From a virus, in IMG/VR virus record IMGVR_UViG_3300024346_000045, positions 7,776 through 71,775 of that record: a stretch of DNA of 64,000 nucleotides; one strand, given 5' to 3'. The position numbers and the translations under genes were made by a program. Positions 1-10,092 of this stretch are shown piece after piece. Below the pieces are notes generated by a model. The model saw only the letters and a program-made list of their open reading frames with translations. It searched no databases and had not been told where the DNA came from. How positions within the stretch are numbered: the first letter of the stretch is position 1; every line of letters starts with the position of its first letter.

Positions 1-642
1 CGGATTGTCAGACTTACTTTCGTCAAACTGCAAACCGATTTGCGTAAGTTGAAGAATAGCTTGTCCTTTCATTTCGTCGTTATAGGTATAACCACGGACG
101 TTACCACGGGTAGCATAACGTTCGCACAACTTGATATACATTTTTGCAAGTGTATTTGTTATTTGCCCGTGCTCTTTAGAAAAGTGCCCCTTTTCTAAAC
201 TACCACGCCAATGACTTTTACCGACGCACTCTAAAATATCGTTGTCGTTGAATTTCCAATGTTGGAATGGCGGAAAGTTTACTTTATCTCGTCCATCGGC
301 AATAGTTTTTGGATTCTTTTTACGGGTAGCATTAAGCGGAATATGGTCGAAAGTCATAATTCTAAAAACTAAATCTGTTTTTGGAATTTTTTTGTAATCA
401 ACCTCGCAATCGGCTTGTTTAACTTTTTCGCCAGCTTGTTTTCGCTGATCATACGCAATTAATGTGAGTCTTTTGGCTCTTGCACGTTTAGCTTCGGCTA
501 TTGTTCTTATATTGATTTTTTCAACACTAGGTAAAATTAAATCATACCGATGATATATCGGATCTGTAAATGTGCAAAAACTATTTTTACTTTTGTGTAT
601 TTCTTCTAATAGATCTTTATTGTTTAAATAATTTACTTTCAT
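1..642 (-). CDS. gp55: T4 gp55-like late-transcription sigma factor (3' end runs off the window)
   Basis: Manual translation from ATG at 642: MKVNYLNNKDLLEEIHKSK...ITNTLAKMYIKLCERYATRGNVRGYTYNDEMKGQAILQLTQIGLQFDESKSDNP; NYxNNKxLL and FDxxKSxNP are gp55-family motifs. Not in the ORF track because it has no stop inside the window. Confidence 0.85.
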   Translation of the reverse strand, partial: MKVNYLNNKDLLEEIHKSKNSFCTFTDPIYHRYDLILPSVEKINIRTIAEAKRARAKRLTLIAYDQRKQAGEKVKQADCEVDYKKIPKTDLVFRIMTFDHIPLNATRKKNPKTIADGRDKVNFPPFQHWKFNDNDILECVGKSHWRGSLEKGHFSKEHGQITNTLAKMYIKLCERYATRGNVRGYTYNDEMKGQAILQLTQIGLQFDESKSDNP

Positions 643-662
643 ATATCTTCCAAGGATGTACT

Positions 663-691
663 ATTATAATATATGTACATTATTTTGTCAA
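663..691 (-). promoter_or_regulatory. sigma70 consensus promoter for the gp55-like gene
   Basis: Minus strand TTGACA (691-686), 17-nt spacer, TATAAT (668-663), 20 nt upstream of the ATG. Confidence 0.85.
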
Positions 692-698
692 CTAAATA
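692..698 (+). promoter_or_regulatory. putative T4-type late promoter for the baseplate operon
   Basis: CTAAATA, a variant of T4 TATAAATA, in the intergenic gap just ahead of an AGGAG RBS and the 717 start. Confidence 0.6.
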
Positions 699-716
699 AT
701 AGATAAAAAGGAGAGA

Positions 717-1739
717 TTGATGCCATTATTTGATGTTGGGCCGGGTCTTAATTCAGTTATTGGTGCTGCGTCTAGTGCGTTAAATGTAGCCAGTAATCTT
801 GCTGGTGCGCTTAATAATTTATCTAACCCAGCAGCCCTTATCTCTAAATTACGAAGCATAAACTTACCGGCCGGTGGTATGCCTTCGAACACCGCAGCTA
901 ATGCACAAGCCCAATTTGGATCTGCTGACGTTAGTAACGACTGGCGTGTAAGATTGTCAATTCCTTCTGCATTTACAAGCAGTCCAGTTTTACAACCGTT
1001 AGTTCAAGCAGGAAATGTTTTAATATTTCCGTACACTCCTACAATTCAAATATCTAGTAGTGCTAGTTATGAAGACCAGGCAATAACTCACCAGAATTAT
1101 GCATATACATTTTATCAAAATAGTCGTGCTGATCAATTCACCATTAATGGAGCATTCCATGTCGAAGATGGATATCAAGCATTGTATTGGATTGCAGCAG
1201 TACACTTTTTAAGAAGTGCTACAAAAATGTTTACTGGTGAAGGAGACCTACAAGGCAATCCTCCACCTATTTTAAAATTAAATGCATATGGCGATTATGT
1301 GTTTAAAAATGTACCAGTAGTTGTTAAAAGCTTCACGGTTGAGTTACCAAGCGATGTGCATTATATTAATACAAGTGTTTCTTCTGCCCCAACTTTTGGG
1401 TCAGGAAGCTCTGCCGGACCTTTAGCAAACTTATCAAACTTAGCAGGCGCTACTTCAGGCCTTGCAGGCCTTGCAGGCGCATTAGGTGCTAACAAAGTAG
1501 CAGGCGCATTAGGAACTATCGGAGCAATTGGCGGCGCAGTAGCGGGCGTGTCTAAATTACTTAGCGGCCCTTCAAATTTATTAGGCGGCGGCTCGTTTGG
1601 CACAGCCGGAAATACATGGGTCCCAGTTAAGAGTACTATCTCAGTTACCTTACAACCAATTTTCAGTAGAGAAAATATGAAGCAGTTTAGTTTACAAAAA
1701 TTTGTAAACGGCGGATATGTTACTGGAGGTTACATTTAA
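717..1739 (+). CDS. baseplate / tail-tube initiator-like protein (gp48/gp54-like)
   Basis: FPYTP..I and GNPPPILKLNAYGDYVFKNVPVVVKSFTVELP motifs typical of tube-fold baseplate proteins; first gene of the baseplate cluster. Confidence 0.6.
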   Translation: MMPLFDVGPGLNSVIGAASSALNVASNLAGALNNLSNPAALISKLRSINLPAGGMPSNTAANAQAQFGSADVSNDWRVRLSIPSAFTSSPVLQPLVQAGNVLIFPYTPTIQISSSASYEDQAITHQNYAYTFYQNSRADQFTINGAFHVEDGYQALYWIAAVHFLRSATKMFTGEGDLQGNPPPILKLNAYGDYVFKNVPVVVKSFTVELPSDVHYINTSVSSAPTFGSGSSAGPLANLSNLAGATSGLAGLAGALGANKVAGALGTIGAIGGAVAGVSKLLSGPSNLLGGGSFGTAGNTWVPVKSTISVTLQPIFSRENMKQFSLQKFVNGGYVTGGYI

Positions 1740-2038
1740 TGGCAACGTATAGCAATACCAGTCCTTGGTTTACAACCGGCTCAGTACAAAATTATCTTAG
1801 CGTATTGTCTATTAGGCCAGTTGCAGCTGAAGCAGACGACTACCTTTATTCAATAGAGCCGCAGTATACTCATAGACCAGATTTACTTTCTTATGACTTG
1901 TATGGAACTTCTAAATTATGGTGGGTTTTTATTCAACGCAATTTAGATATTTTGCAAGATCCTATCTATGATTTTATTCCTGGAAAACAAATTTATATTC
2001 CTAAACGTACCGGCCTCTTTAAAGTATTAGGGATCTAA
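1739..2038 (+). CDS. gp53: baseplate wedge protein, gp53/LysM-like
   Basis: RPDLLSYDLYGTSKLWWVF..RN motif; position between tube initiator and hub. Confidence 0.75.
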   Translation: MATYSNTSPWFTTGSVQNYLSVLSIRPVAAEADDYLYSIEPQYTHRPDLLSYDLYGTSKLWWVFIQRNLDILQDPIYDFIPGKQIYIPKRTGLFKVLGI

Positions 2039-2039
2039 T

Positions 2040-4523
2040 ATGCCTTCTTTTGATATTTCTGGCGCAGCAACTACACTGTCTAAAACTATTAACAAAACGC
2101 TAACTGATACAGGTATAGCAAAAGGGTTAAGTTCAGTTAGTTCTGCAATAAATTCAGCTAAGGATTCAATTGCATCTGGTTTAGGAATTAACATTAGCAG
2201 TATTACTAGTGCTATTCCCGGAGCTGCTGAAATACAAACTGCATTAGATCAAGCAAGAAAAAATATAAACAATCTTGGAAACTTAGCGTTAAATGCTGCC
2301 GCTGCAACTACACAAGTTCCGTCTGGTATTTCTGGTCCTGTTCCTAATATATTGCATAGCTATACTTCGTTCAACTACATTTTTACTTTAAGTGTAATGG
2401 ATGATGCACAAATTAATTTTCCAAACGAAACATATCGTAAAGGTATGTTAGGCCCATTAATTTTAAAAAGTGGTAGCGGCAATCCATCTGATAGAGTAAG
2501 AACACCATATGCAACTGCTGCGAATCCTGCAGGTACGTTTGATTTTTATATCGAAGGTCTGCAAATTAACAGTAGTGTAGGTTTTGAAAAATCCACCGGC
2601 AACACAAATGCAACAGGATTTAGATTTAAAGTTATTGAGCCTTACTCTATGGGGTTGTTCTTTGAAGTATTGCAATCATCAGCTAAGATTGCAGGTCATA
2701 GAAATTATCTTGACATGCCGTTGTTATTAACAATTGAATTTAAAGGTCATATTGACGCAGATTTACAAAATGTTCAGATAGATAAAACAACAAAATATTT
2801 TCCTATTCGCTTGCGACAGCTTGGAATTAAAGTAAGCGGAAAAGGTAGCGAGTATGATGTTGATGCATACCCGTTAAATGAAAAAGCATTAACATCAATT
2901 TATAGTCAATTGAAAACTGATGTATCTATATCAGGCAAAACTGTTGTTGAAATGTTACAAACAGGTGAAAAAAGTTTACAACGTGTATTAAACGATCGAT
3001 TGAATGAAGCTGTTAAAAGAAAAGATGTTAATGTCGCAGACCAAATACTAATTAGTTTTCCAAAAGATTTAAAGACAGGCGATTACTCCGGTAGTCCTAA
3101 CGATGATTCAGCAAACCCGTTAGGCGCAACAATTTTTCCTGCTAGTGCAGGTGCTGACTTTGATTTATTTAAAAAATTAGGTGTAACAACTAGCAGCATT
3201 AATAAAACTCAAGTGCAAGAAGAAGGTACAGTTAATGACATAGGTGCAAGCACAATGGGGTTTAGTTTATTCAACGACGGCGGTACTCCATTTGCAAAAG
3301 ATAATTTTGCGTACGATCAAGCCACAGGCACATATAAACGCGGCGACATTTCTATCAATCCGTCAGAAGGCGAGTTTAAATTTGCACAAGGTAGTGATGT
3401 AATTAATGCAATAAATCAAGTAATCTTAATGAGTGAGTATGGCCGAACAGCGCTTTCACAAATAAGTGATTCTGGAAGCATCCAATGGTGGCGTGTTGAA
3501 ACACAATTATTTTACGTGCCGACTGATGAGAACTTAGCTAAAACGGGTGTGAAACCTAAATTAATAGTTTATAGAGTTGTGCCGTATGCAGTTGATGCAA
3601 GTGTATTTTTACCTCCTAATACCCCAAAACCAGGAACTGAAAAAGCTAAACAAGAAGTAGTTAAAGAATATAATTTTATATACACTGGGCAGAACGTAGA
3701 TGTTATTGATTGGGACATCGAATTTAAAAGCGGCTTCTATACAGCAATGATGGCTGATGGTGGTAAGAATAACGGCGATACGAAAATTGCAGAACAATCA
3801 AGCGGTGCAGGTGTAGAAGGTAATGTAGGAGTACAAGGTGATCCTCCAGGCCAAGCCCCTAAAGATGATTCAATCCCTACGTCTGTTATTAAAGATGGAG
3901 TTGCTACAAGCACAGCATATAAAGGCGGCGGTGGGTTTGATGATGCAGCAAGTTTAGCAGCTCGACAATTCCATGATGCATTAACATCTGGTGTTGACAT
4001 GATTAATCTAAATTTAACAATCTTAGGAGATCCGTATTATCTAGCAGACAGTGGTATGGGAAATTATACAGCAGTAGCAACAGATAATAAACATATGACT
4101 GCTGACGGTTCTATGAATTATCAGAATGGAGAAGTTTTAGTAAATTGCAATTTTAGAACTCCTCTGGATGCAAATACCGAAACAGGGTTATATGATTTTA
4201 GAAGTAAAGAAGTTAAACAATTTACTGGACTTTATAAAGTAATATCCGTCGACAGCAACTTCAACAGAGGAAAGTTCACCCAAGTTTTAAAAATGGTTAG
4301 ATTAAAAGGTCAAGAAATTAAATCAACAGCACCTGTACAATTAGCTTCAACACCTGGACAAACAGCTTCGGATTCTAATATTCAAGTATTCGATGACGGG
4401 TCTAGTATACAAACATTTGAAGACGGATCTACATTAGTAACAGACTCTGAAGGTAACGTTACTGCGACACGATCACCTGCAGAAATTCAAGCAAGTGCAG
4501 ACCTTGCAGGTTTTGAAGGATAA
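2040..4523 (+). CDS. baseplate hub protein (gp27/VgrG-N-like)
   Basis: C-terminal NLTILGDPYYL and FTGLYKVISVDSNFNRGKFTQVLKMVR hub-type motifs; directly upstream of the gp5-like gene. Confidence 0.6.
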   Translation: MPSFDISGAATTLSKTINKTLTDTGIAKGLSSVSSAINSAKDSIASGLGINISSITSAIPGAAEIQTALDQARKNINNLGNLALNAAAATTQVPSGISGPVPNILHSYTSFNYIFTLSVMDDAQINFPNETYRKGMLGPLILKSGSGNPSDRVRTPYATAANPAGTFDFYIEGLQINSSVGFEKSTGNTNATGFRFKVIEPYSMGLFFEVLQSSAKIAGHRNYLDMPLLLTIEFKGHIDADLQNVQIDKTTKYFPIRLRQLGIKVSGKGSEYDVDAYPLNEKALTSIYSQLKTDVSISGKTVVEMLQTGEKSLQRVLNDRLNEAVKRKDVNVADQILISFPKDLKTGDYSGSPNDDSANPLGATIFPASAGADFDLFKKLGVTTSSINKTQVQEEGTVNDIGASTMGFSLFNDGGTPFAKDNFAYDQATGTYKRGDISINPSEGEFKFAQGSDVINAINQVILMSEYGRTALSQISDSGSIQWWRVETQLFYVPTDENLAKTGVKPKLIVYRVVPYAVDASVFLPPNTPKPGTEKAKQEVVKEYNFIYTGQNVDVIDWDIEFKSGFYTAMMADGGKNNGDTKIAEQSSGAGVEGNVGVQGDPPGQAPKDDSIPTSVIKDGVATSTAYKGGGGFDDAASLAARQFHDALTSGVDMINLNLTILGDPYYLADSGMGNYTAVATDNKHMTADGSMNYQNGEVLVNCNFRTPLDANTETGLYDFRSKEVKQFTGLYKVISVDSNFNRGKFTQVLKMVRLKGQEIKSTAPVQLASTPGQTASDSNIQVFDDGSSIQTFEDGSTLVTDSEGNVTATRSPAEIQASADLAGFEG

Positions 4524-4525
4524 TT

Positions 4526-6148
4526 ATGGCAGAAGAAACAAGACCGTCCGGTAGTACAGAAAAATCTAGTCCTGGCCCTTACCTTGCTAAAATTGTTAGC
4601 CACCTAGATCCGACATACATGGGAACACTAGAAGTACAACTACTTCATGAAGTAGGTAACGACGATGCTAGATCCGGGCAATTGCACCAAGTAAAGTATC
4701 TAAGTCCTTTCGCTGGACAAACTAGTATTGACTATGTTGGCGACGAAGATGATTACGATAATACACAAAAAAGTTACGGATTTTGGATGATACCGCCCGA
4801 TGTTGGTAGTATTGTAATGGTGGTATTTGTAGACGGTGACCCTAGAAAAGGATATTGGATCGGATGTGCTCAAGATAAGTCGATGAATTTTATGACACCT
4901 GGAAATGCGTCATCGTCATTTAACATAGATGGGTTAGAAGAACGAGTACCAGTTGCTGAATATAACAAAATAACCCAAGCTAACACTGCTGATCCTACAA
5001 CTATACCAAAACCTCCAACTCCGTTTCAGGAAGTGTTAAACACTCAAGGTTTATTAAAAGATGACATTCGCGGAATAACTACCTCTAGTGCAAGACGAGA
5101 AGTTCCTAGTGCAGTGTTTGGAGTTAGCACTCCGGGGCCGGTAGATAAACGTTCTGGTGCAAAGCAAGGCCGACAAGGCAAAGCTGAACATAAAGTTGTT
5201 GGCGCTTTCGTTAGTCGACTAGGCGGCAGCACTCTTGTTATGGACGACGGTGATGATAAATTCTTAAGAAGAACATCTGCATCCGAAGGGCCTCCCGACT
5301 ATGCAGCAGTTGAACAAGATGAAACTGACGGACTGCCAGATATTCCGCACAACGAGCTTATTCGACTTAGGACTAGAACAGGCCACCAGATTTTACTACA
5401 CAATAGTGAAGATTTGATTTATATCGGTAACAGCAAAGGGACTGCCTGGATTGAATTAACAAGTGACGGAAAGATGGACGTCTATTGCGAAGATAGTATT
5501 AGTTTTAGAACAAAGCAAGATTTTAATTTTTATGCAGACCGAGATTTTAATATCGAAGTAGGAAGAAATTTTAATTTAAAAGTTGGAGAAAGACACCAAA
5601 CTGAAGTAGGCACTGACAAAATTGTAATTGTTGATGCTAATAATTTTATTAAAGTCTTTGGAACACACGACGAAACAATTGCCGGCGCCACAAAAATTAA
5701 TCTCGAAGCAACACTAGATATAAATGCTGCTGAACAAACAAATCTTACTGTTGGTGGCGGATTTGATTTAAACACATCGGGGGCTAATAAATTAACCAGT
5801 GGCGGAAATATGGAAATTGCAGCAGCAAATACTACAATTTCTGGCGGAAATATTAACTTAAACGGTCCAGCAGCAGCTACCGCCGAATCCGCAGCTACAG
5901 CAACTCTGCCAGAGTCCTTGTCGACTTTTGCAAATCCGGACGAAACTGAAAACACTATTGACAGTATAATGCTTCGAATACCAAGTCATGAACCATGGCC
6001 GCATCACGAAAATTTAAACCCAACTGATTTTAAACCTGAAATGACAGATAGAGAAGCGGGAAGCGATATCCCAGTACCTGATGTGTGGAAAACTTATAGC
6101 ACGATAACTGATACGTTTGCTAAAATTAAGGCATCTGAAGAGGAGTAA
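4526..6148 (+). CDS. gp5: baseplate central spike gp5-like (OB-fold + beta-helix)
   Basis: SYGFWMIPPDVGSIVMVVFVDGDPRKGYWIG OB-fold motif; RTRTGHQILL; repetitive beta-helix C-terminal region. Confidence 0.8.
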   Translation: MAEETRPSGSTEKSSPGPYLAKIVSHLDPTYMGTLEVQLLHEVGNDDARSGQLHQVKYLSPFAGQTSIDYVGDEDDYDNTQKSYGFWMIPPDVGSIVMVVFVDGDPRKGYWIGCAQDKSMNFMTPGNASSSFNIDGLEERVPVAEYNKITQANTADPTTIPKPPTPFQEVLNTQGLLKDDIRGITTSSARREVPSAVFGVSTPGPVDKRSGAKQGRQGKAEHKVVGAFVSRLGGSTLVMDDGDDKFLRRTSASEGPPDYAAVEQDETDGLPDIPHNELIRLRTRTGHQILLHNSEDLIYIGNSKGTAWIELTSDGKMDVYCEDSISFRTKQDFNFYADRDFNIEVGRNFNLKVGERHQTEVGTDKIVIVDANNFIKVFGTHDETIAGATKINLEATLDINAAEQTNLTVGGGFDLNTSGANKLTSGGNMEIAAANTTISGGNINLNGPAAATAESAATATLPESLSTFANPDETENTIDSIMLRIPSHEPWPHHENLNPTDFKPEMTDREAGSDIPVPDVWKTYSTITDTFAKIKASEEE

Positions 6149-6151
6149 ATA
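6146..6151 (+). promoter_or_regulatory. putative late promoter
   Basis: TAAATA overlapping the gp5 stop, 5 nt before the gp25 ATG; short motif in an AT-rich genome. Confidence 0.4.
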
Positions 6152-6156
6152 CTAAC

Positions 6157-6606
6157 ATGAGCGCAAATCAACGTCTTTACGATAAAGTAGTTCTTAAAGG
6201 ACCTCCTTTAAATTCTACTAATCTTCCGGGTACAAAAACATATAAGGGTTTTAGTACAGTTAGTAGCGACACTAAAACTTTTTCACTTTACGATTTAGCA
6301 CTTATTAAACAAGATTTAATAAATCATTTTCATATCCGTCAAGGCGAACGCCTAGAAAATCCAACGTTTGGCACTATTATTTGGGATATTTTGTTTGAAC
6401 CATTAACTGAAGAAATAAAACAAATCGTTATAAAAAACGTAGAAGATATTATTAATTACGATCCTAGGGTTACTGCTAAACAAGTTATTGTTACAACCTA
6501 CGAGTCTGGTATACAGATAGAATGTGAACTAACATATTTGCCATACAACATTCAAGAAGCTATAAAATTTAGATTTGATCAAGCAAACGGATTGTTAGCT
6601 AATTAA
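6157..6606 (+). CDS. gp25: baseplate wedge protein gp25-like
   Basis: IKQDLINHFHIRQGERLENPTFGTIIWDILFEP...YDPRV, the GPW/gp25 signature. Confidence 0.9.
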   Translation: MSANQRLYDKVVLKGPPLNSTNLPGTKTYKGFSTVSSDTKTFSLYDLALIKQDLINHFHIRQGERLENPTFGTIIWDILFEPLTEEIKQIVIKNVEDIINYDPRVTAKQVIVTTYESGIQIECELTYLPYNIQEAIKFRFDQANGLLAN

Positions 6607-6627
6607 CATAGCACATAATTATTTCCG

Positions 6628-6634
6628 ATAAATA
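6628..6634 (+). promoter_or_regulatory. putative late promoter
   Basis: Intergenic ATAAATA 20 nt upstream of the gp6-like ATG. Confidence 0.6.
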
Positions 6635-6654
6635 TCTGTATATAGGACGCAGAT

Positions 6655-9600
6655 ATGTCAGCAACTGATAGACAAAATAGACTTTTAGTAGCAGAAGACT
6701 GGAAACGAATATACCAGAGCTTCCGCAATGCCAATTTTCAGAGCTATGACTTTGAAAATTTACGTCGCGTGATGATTAACTACATCCGCGAAAATTACCC
6801 TGAAGACTTCAACGATTACACAGAATCCAGTGAATATTTGGCACTAATTGATCTAATCGCTTTCTTAGGGCAGAGTATTAGTTTTAGAATTGATTTAAAT
6901 GCTCGAGAAAACTTCTTAGAGTTAGCAGAGCGCAGAGAAAGTGTATTACGACTAGCTCGATTATTAAGCTATAAGCCAAAAAGAAACGTATCTGCCAGCG
7001 GTCTTTTAAAATTCGTGTCTGTGTCTACAACTCAATCAACATATGATAGCAACGGCAGAAATTTAGCAAATCAAGTTATAAACTGGAATGACCCTGCAAA
7101 TAATAATTGGCACGATCAGTTCATTAAAGTATTAAATTCAGGATTACCTGCGTCACGTCAATATGGAAATCCCGACGACAAAGGTGTTGTATACGGAATT
7201 CCAACAGAAAAATACAGGTTTCAGAGCGCTAACACAGATGTTCCTGTGTATTCTTTTACTAAAACTATTGATGGTAGAAGTATGGGGTTTGAAGTAGTAT
7301 CAACTACTTTCAGCAATGATAACGTAATATACGAAGAACCTCCTAGTCTTGGTAATAGATTAGCATTTATATATAGAGACGACGGCAAAGGTAATGGTAG
7401 CAGTAACACTGGATTCTTCCTGCACTTCAGACAAGGAACACTGAACCAAGGAAGTTTTACATTATCTCAACCTGCTACAGACGAAACAGTTGATATAGAT
7501 GCTGTTAACATTAACAATTCGGATGTATGGCTTTATAGATTAGATACAAACGGGGTTGAAAACGAATACTGGGCACAAGTTCCTAGCTTCGAAGGTAACA
7601 ACATAATTTATAATAGCTTAAACAAAAGTATTCGAAATATTTACGGCGTAGTCACTCGTGCAAATGACCGTATTAGCTTAGTGTTCAGTGATGGTGTATT
7701 TGGTAATTTACCGCAAGGCACTTTTAGAACTTATTATCGTGTAAGCAACGGGTTAAGTTATACAATTAATCCTAAAGATATTAAAAATATTAGTGTAGAT
7801 ATTCCTTACATTAGTAATGTTGGCCAAGTAGAAACACTTACATTAACTTTAAGTTTACAAAGTTCTGTTAATAATTCTAGTCCATCAGAGTCTAACGACA
7901 GTATTAAGACTAGAGCACCTGCTACATACTATACTCAGAATAGAATGATTACTGCGGAAGATTACAACATTAGTCCCCTAAGTACTAGCCAAGAAGTTGT
8001 AAAAGTAAAAGCAGTTAATAGAAGCAGTAGCGGAATTAGCAGATACTTTGATTTAGTTGACCCAACTGGAAAATATAGTAAAACAAATTTATTTGCAGAT
8101 GATGGTATCATATACAAAGAAGATTACATTGATAGTTTTAGATTTAATTACGTAACTAGAACTGACATTGAAGCAGTTATCTATAATCAATTATCAGAAG
8201 TTTTAGCATCACCTAATCTGAAAAATTTTTATTACTCTAAATTTAATAAAACAATTTTTTCAGAAGAATTAACTTGGAAAACTGTTACGACAGACACAAA
8301 CCAATCAACTGGGTATGTACAAGATACATTTAGTACAATTCAGAAACTGAGCAATTACACTACCACAAACTTGAAGTTTTTTAACGTCGGCGCTCTAGTT
8401 AAGTTTACTGCACCAGCAGGTCGTTATTTTAATAAAAATAACAACAATAATTGGGAATATACTACAATCCCGTCAGTCGGACTATGTGATGCACTTTGGT
8501 CTAAAGTTGTTACTATTCGCGGTGACGGTACAAATAATTCTACTGGTATTGTAGAAGACGGCACCGGCACAGTTATATTAAACGACCTAATACCCGACGG
8601 TGCAATCATAAGCGAAATCATTCCTGTATGGAGGACTAGTTTAGAAACTAGCCTAATTACTAATATGGTTGATCTTGTATTTTCTAACAAACAGTTTGGA
8701 TTAAGGTACGACACTGAGTCTAAGAATTGGAAAATTATCACTGAAACAAATTTAAACACTACCGATGTGTTTAATACTGGCCGTCAAGGCGATACAACAA
8801 ATCAGAAAGCTGATGCCAGTTGGTTACTGTTATTTTCAACAAACACTGAGTACTATACTGTTACAAGTAGATTAACTCGTTATATCTTTGAAAGTGCTCA
8901 ACAAATTAGATTCTTCTTCGATTCTAGCGATAAAATTTATGATACAAGAAATAATACTGTAGTTAAAGATGTTATTAAAGTATTAGGAATTAATGTAGAC
9001 CCTAGTATTCCTGCAAACACAACACCATTTACCTATGATAGAGATTGGGAAATCACTGAAGAATTTAGAGGTCTTGACGGTTATGTAGACAGTAAAAAAA
9101 TACAAATTGCTTTTGCCGATAGTGACGACGACGGTATAGTAGATGATCCTACAATCTTTGAACAAATTGTTGATTCTAACAGTAGAATTATTTTAGAAAG
9201 ATACACTATTGAACAAGGCCAAGAAGATTATCGTTACGTAGATAATATTGATAACAAAGTATTAATTTTAAACTCAGAAACAAGTGCTATAGATTTTAAT
9301 ACTTATGTTGACGGTCAATACTTTTATTTTATAGATACTAATGTCGTTAAAAAATTCAATAAAGTAACTTCTGTATTTGCAGTTTCTATGGATTACAAAG
9401 TTTACATTGGTAGAGACAAAATTAAATTTCAATACATACATAATGCAGATTATGAATCAAGGATTGATCCTGGCATTACAAATTTAATTGATGTGTTCTT
9501 GTTAACTAAACAGTACGATATTAATTATAGACAATGGCTTAATGGTTCAATCAGCAACGAACCATTACCGTCAAGCACTGATGCGTTATATAATTTACTA

Positions 9601-10092
9601 AGCCCTGAACTTAATAAAATTAAATCAATAAGTGATGAAGTAATTTATCACCCAGTAAAATATAAAGTTTTATTTGGTGCTAAAGCAACAGTAGATGTTC
9701 AGGCAACATTTAAAGTTGTTAAAAACGCAGAACTAGTTATCAGTGATAACGATGTTAAAACAAGAGTATTATCTGCAATATCAGAATTTTTTGCATTAGA
9801 AAATTGGGACTTTGGTGATAATTTTTACTTTAGTGAATTAGCAGCGTATGTTATGAATAAGGTAAGCCCTTACATTGTAACATTTGTTGTAGTACCAAAA
9901 CAAAGCGGTCTAAGTTTTGGCGGACTATATGAAATTAAAAGCGAAAAAGACCAAATTTTTATTAACGGTGCAACAATTGACGATATTGAAATTATTTCAA
10001 CCATTACTGCAAGCAAAATTAAGAGTGCAATTATACAATCTACTCAGACAACAGTCAGTCAACAAGCAATTACCAGTTCAGGGAGTAACTGA
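6655..10092 (+). CDS. gp6: baseplate wedge protein gp6-like
   Basis: YDFENLR..MINYIRENYPEDFNDY..SSE...ENFLELAERRESVLRLARLLSYKPKR; FSDGVFGNLP; QNRMITAEDY. Confidence 0.88.
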   Translation: MSATDRQNRLLVAEDWKRIYQSFRNANFQSYDFENLRRVMINYIRENYPEDFNDYTESSEYLALIDLIAFLGQSISFRIDLNARENFLELAERRESVLRLARLLSYKPKRNVSASGLLKFVSVSTTQSTYDSNGRNLANQVINWNDPANNNWHDQFIKVLNSGLPASRQYGNPDDKGVVYGIPTEKYRFQSANTDVPVYSFTKTIDGRSMGFEVVSTTFSNDNVIYEEPPSLGNRLAFIYRDDGKGNGSSNTGFFLHFRQGTLNQGSFTLSQPATDETVDIDAVNINNSDVWLYRLDTNGVENEYWAQVPSFEGNNIIYNSLNKSIRNIYGVVTRANDRISLVFSDGVFGNLPQGTFRTYYRVSNGLSYTINPKDIKNISVDIPYISNVGQVETLTLTLSLQSSVNNSSPSESNDSIKTRAPATYYTQNRMITAEDYNISPLSTSQEVVKVKAVNRSSSGISRYFDLVDPTGKYSKTNLFADDGIIYKEDYIDSFRFNYVTRTDIEAVIYNQLSEVLASPNLKNFYYSKFNKTIFSEELTWKTVTTDTNQSTGYVQDTFSTIQKLSNYTTTNLKFFNVGALVKFTAPAGRYFNKNNNNNWEYTTIPSVGLCDALWSKVVTIRGDGTNNSTGIVEDGTGTVILNDLIPDGAIISEIIPVWRTSLETSLITNMVDLVFSNKQFGLRYDTESKNWKIITETNLNTTDVFNTGRQGDTTNQKADASWLLLFSTNTEYYTVTSRLTRYIFESAQQIRFFFDSSDKIYDTRNNTVVKDVIKVLGINVDPSIPANTTPFTYDRDWEITEEFRGLDGYVDSKKIQIAFADSDDDGIVDDPTIFEQIVDSNSRIILERYTIEQGQEDYRYVDNIDNKVLILNSETSAIDFNTYVDGQYFYFIDTNVVKKFNKVTSVFAVSMDYKVYIGRDKIKFQYIHNADYESRIDPGITNLIDVFLLTKQYDINYRQWLNGSISNEPLPSSTDALYNLLSPELNKIKSISDEVIYHPVKYKVLFGAKATVDVQATFKVVKNAELVISDNDVKTRVLSAISEFFALENWDFGDNFYFSELAAYVMNKVSPYIVTFVVVPKQSGLSFGGLYEIKSEKDQIFINGATIDDIEIISTITASKIKSAIIQSTQTTVSQQAITSSGSN

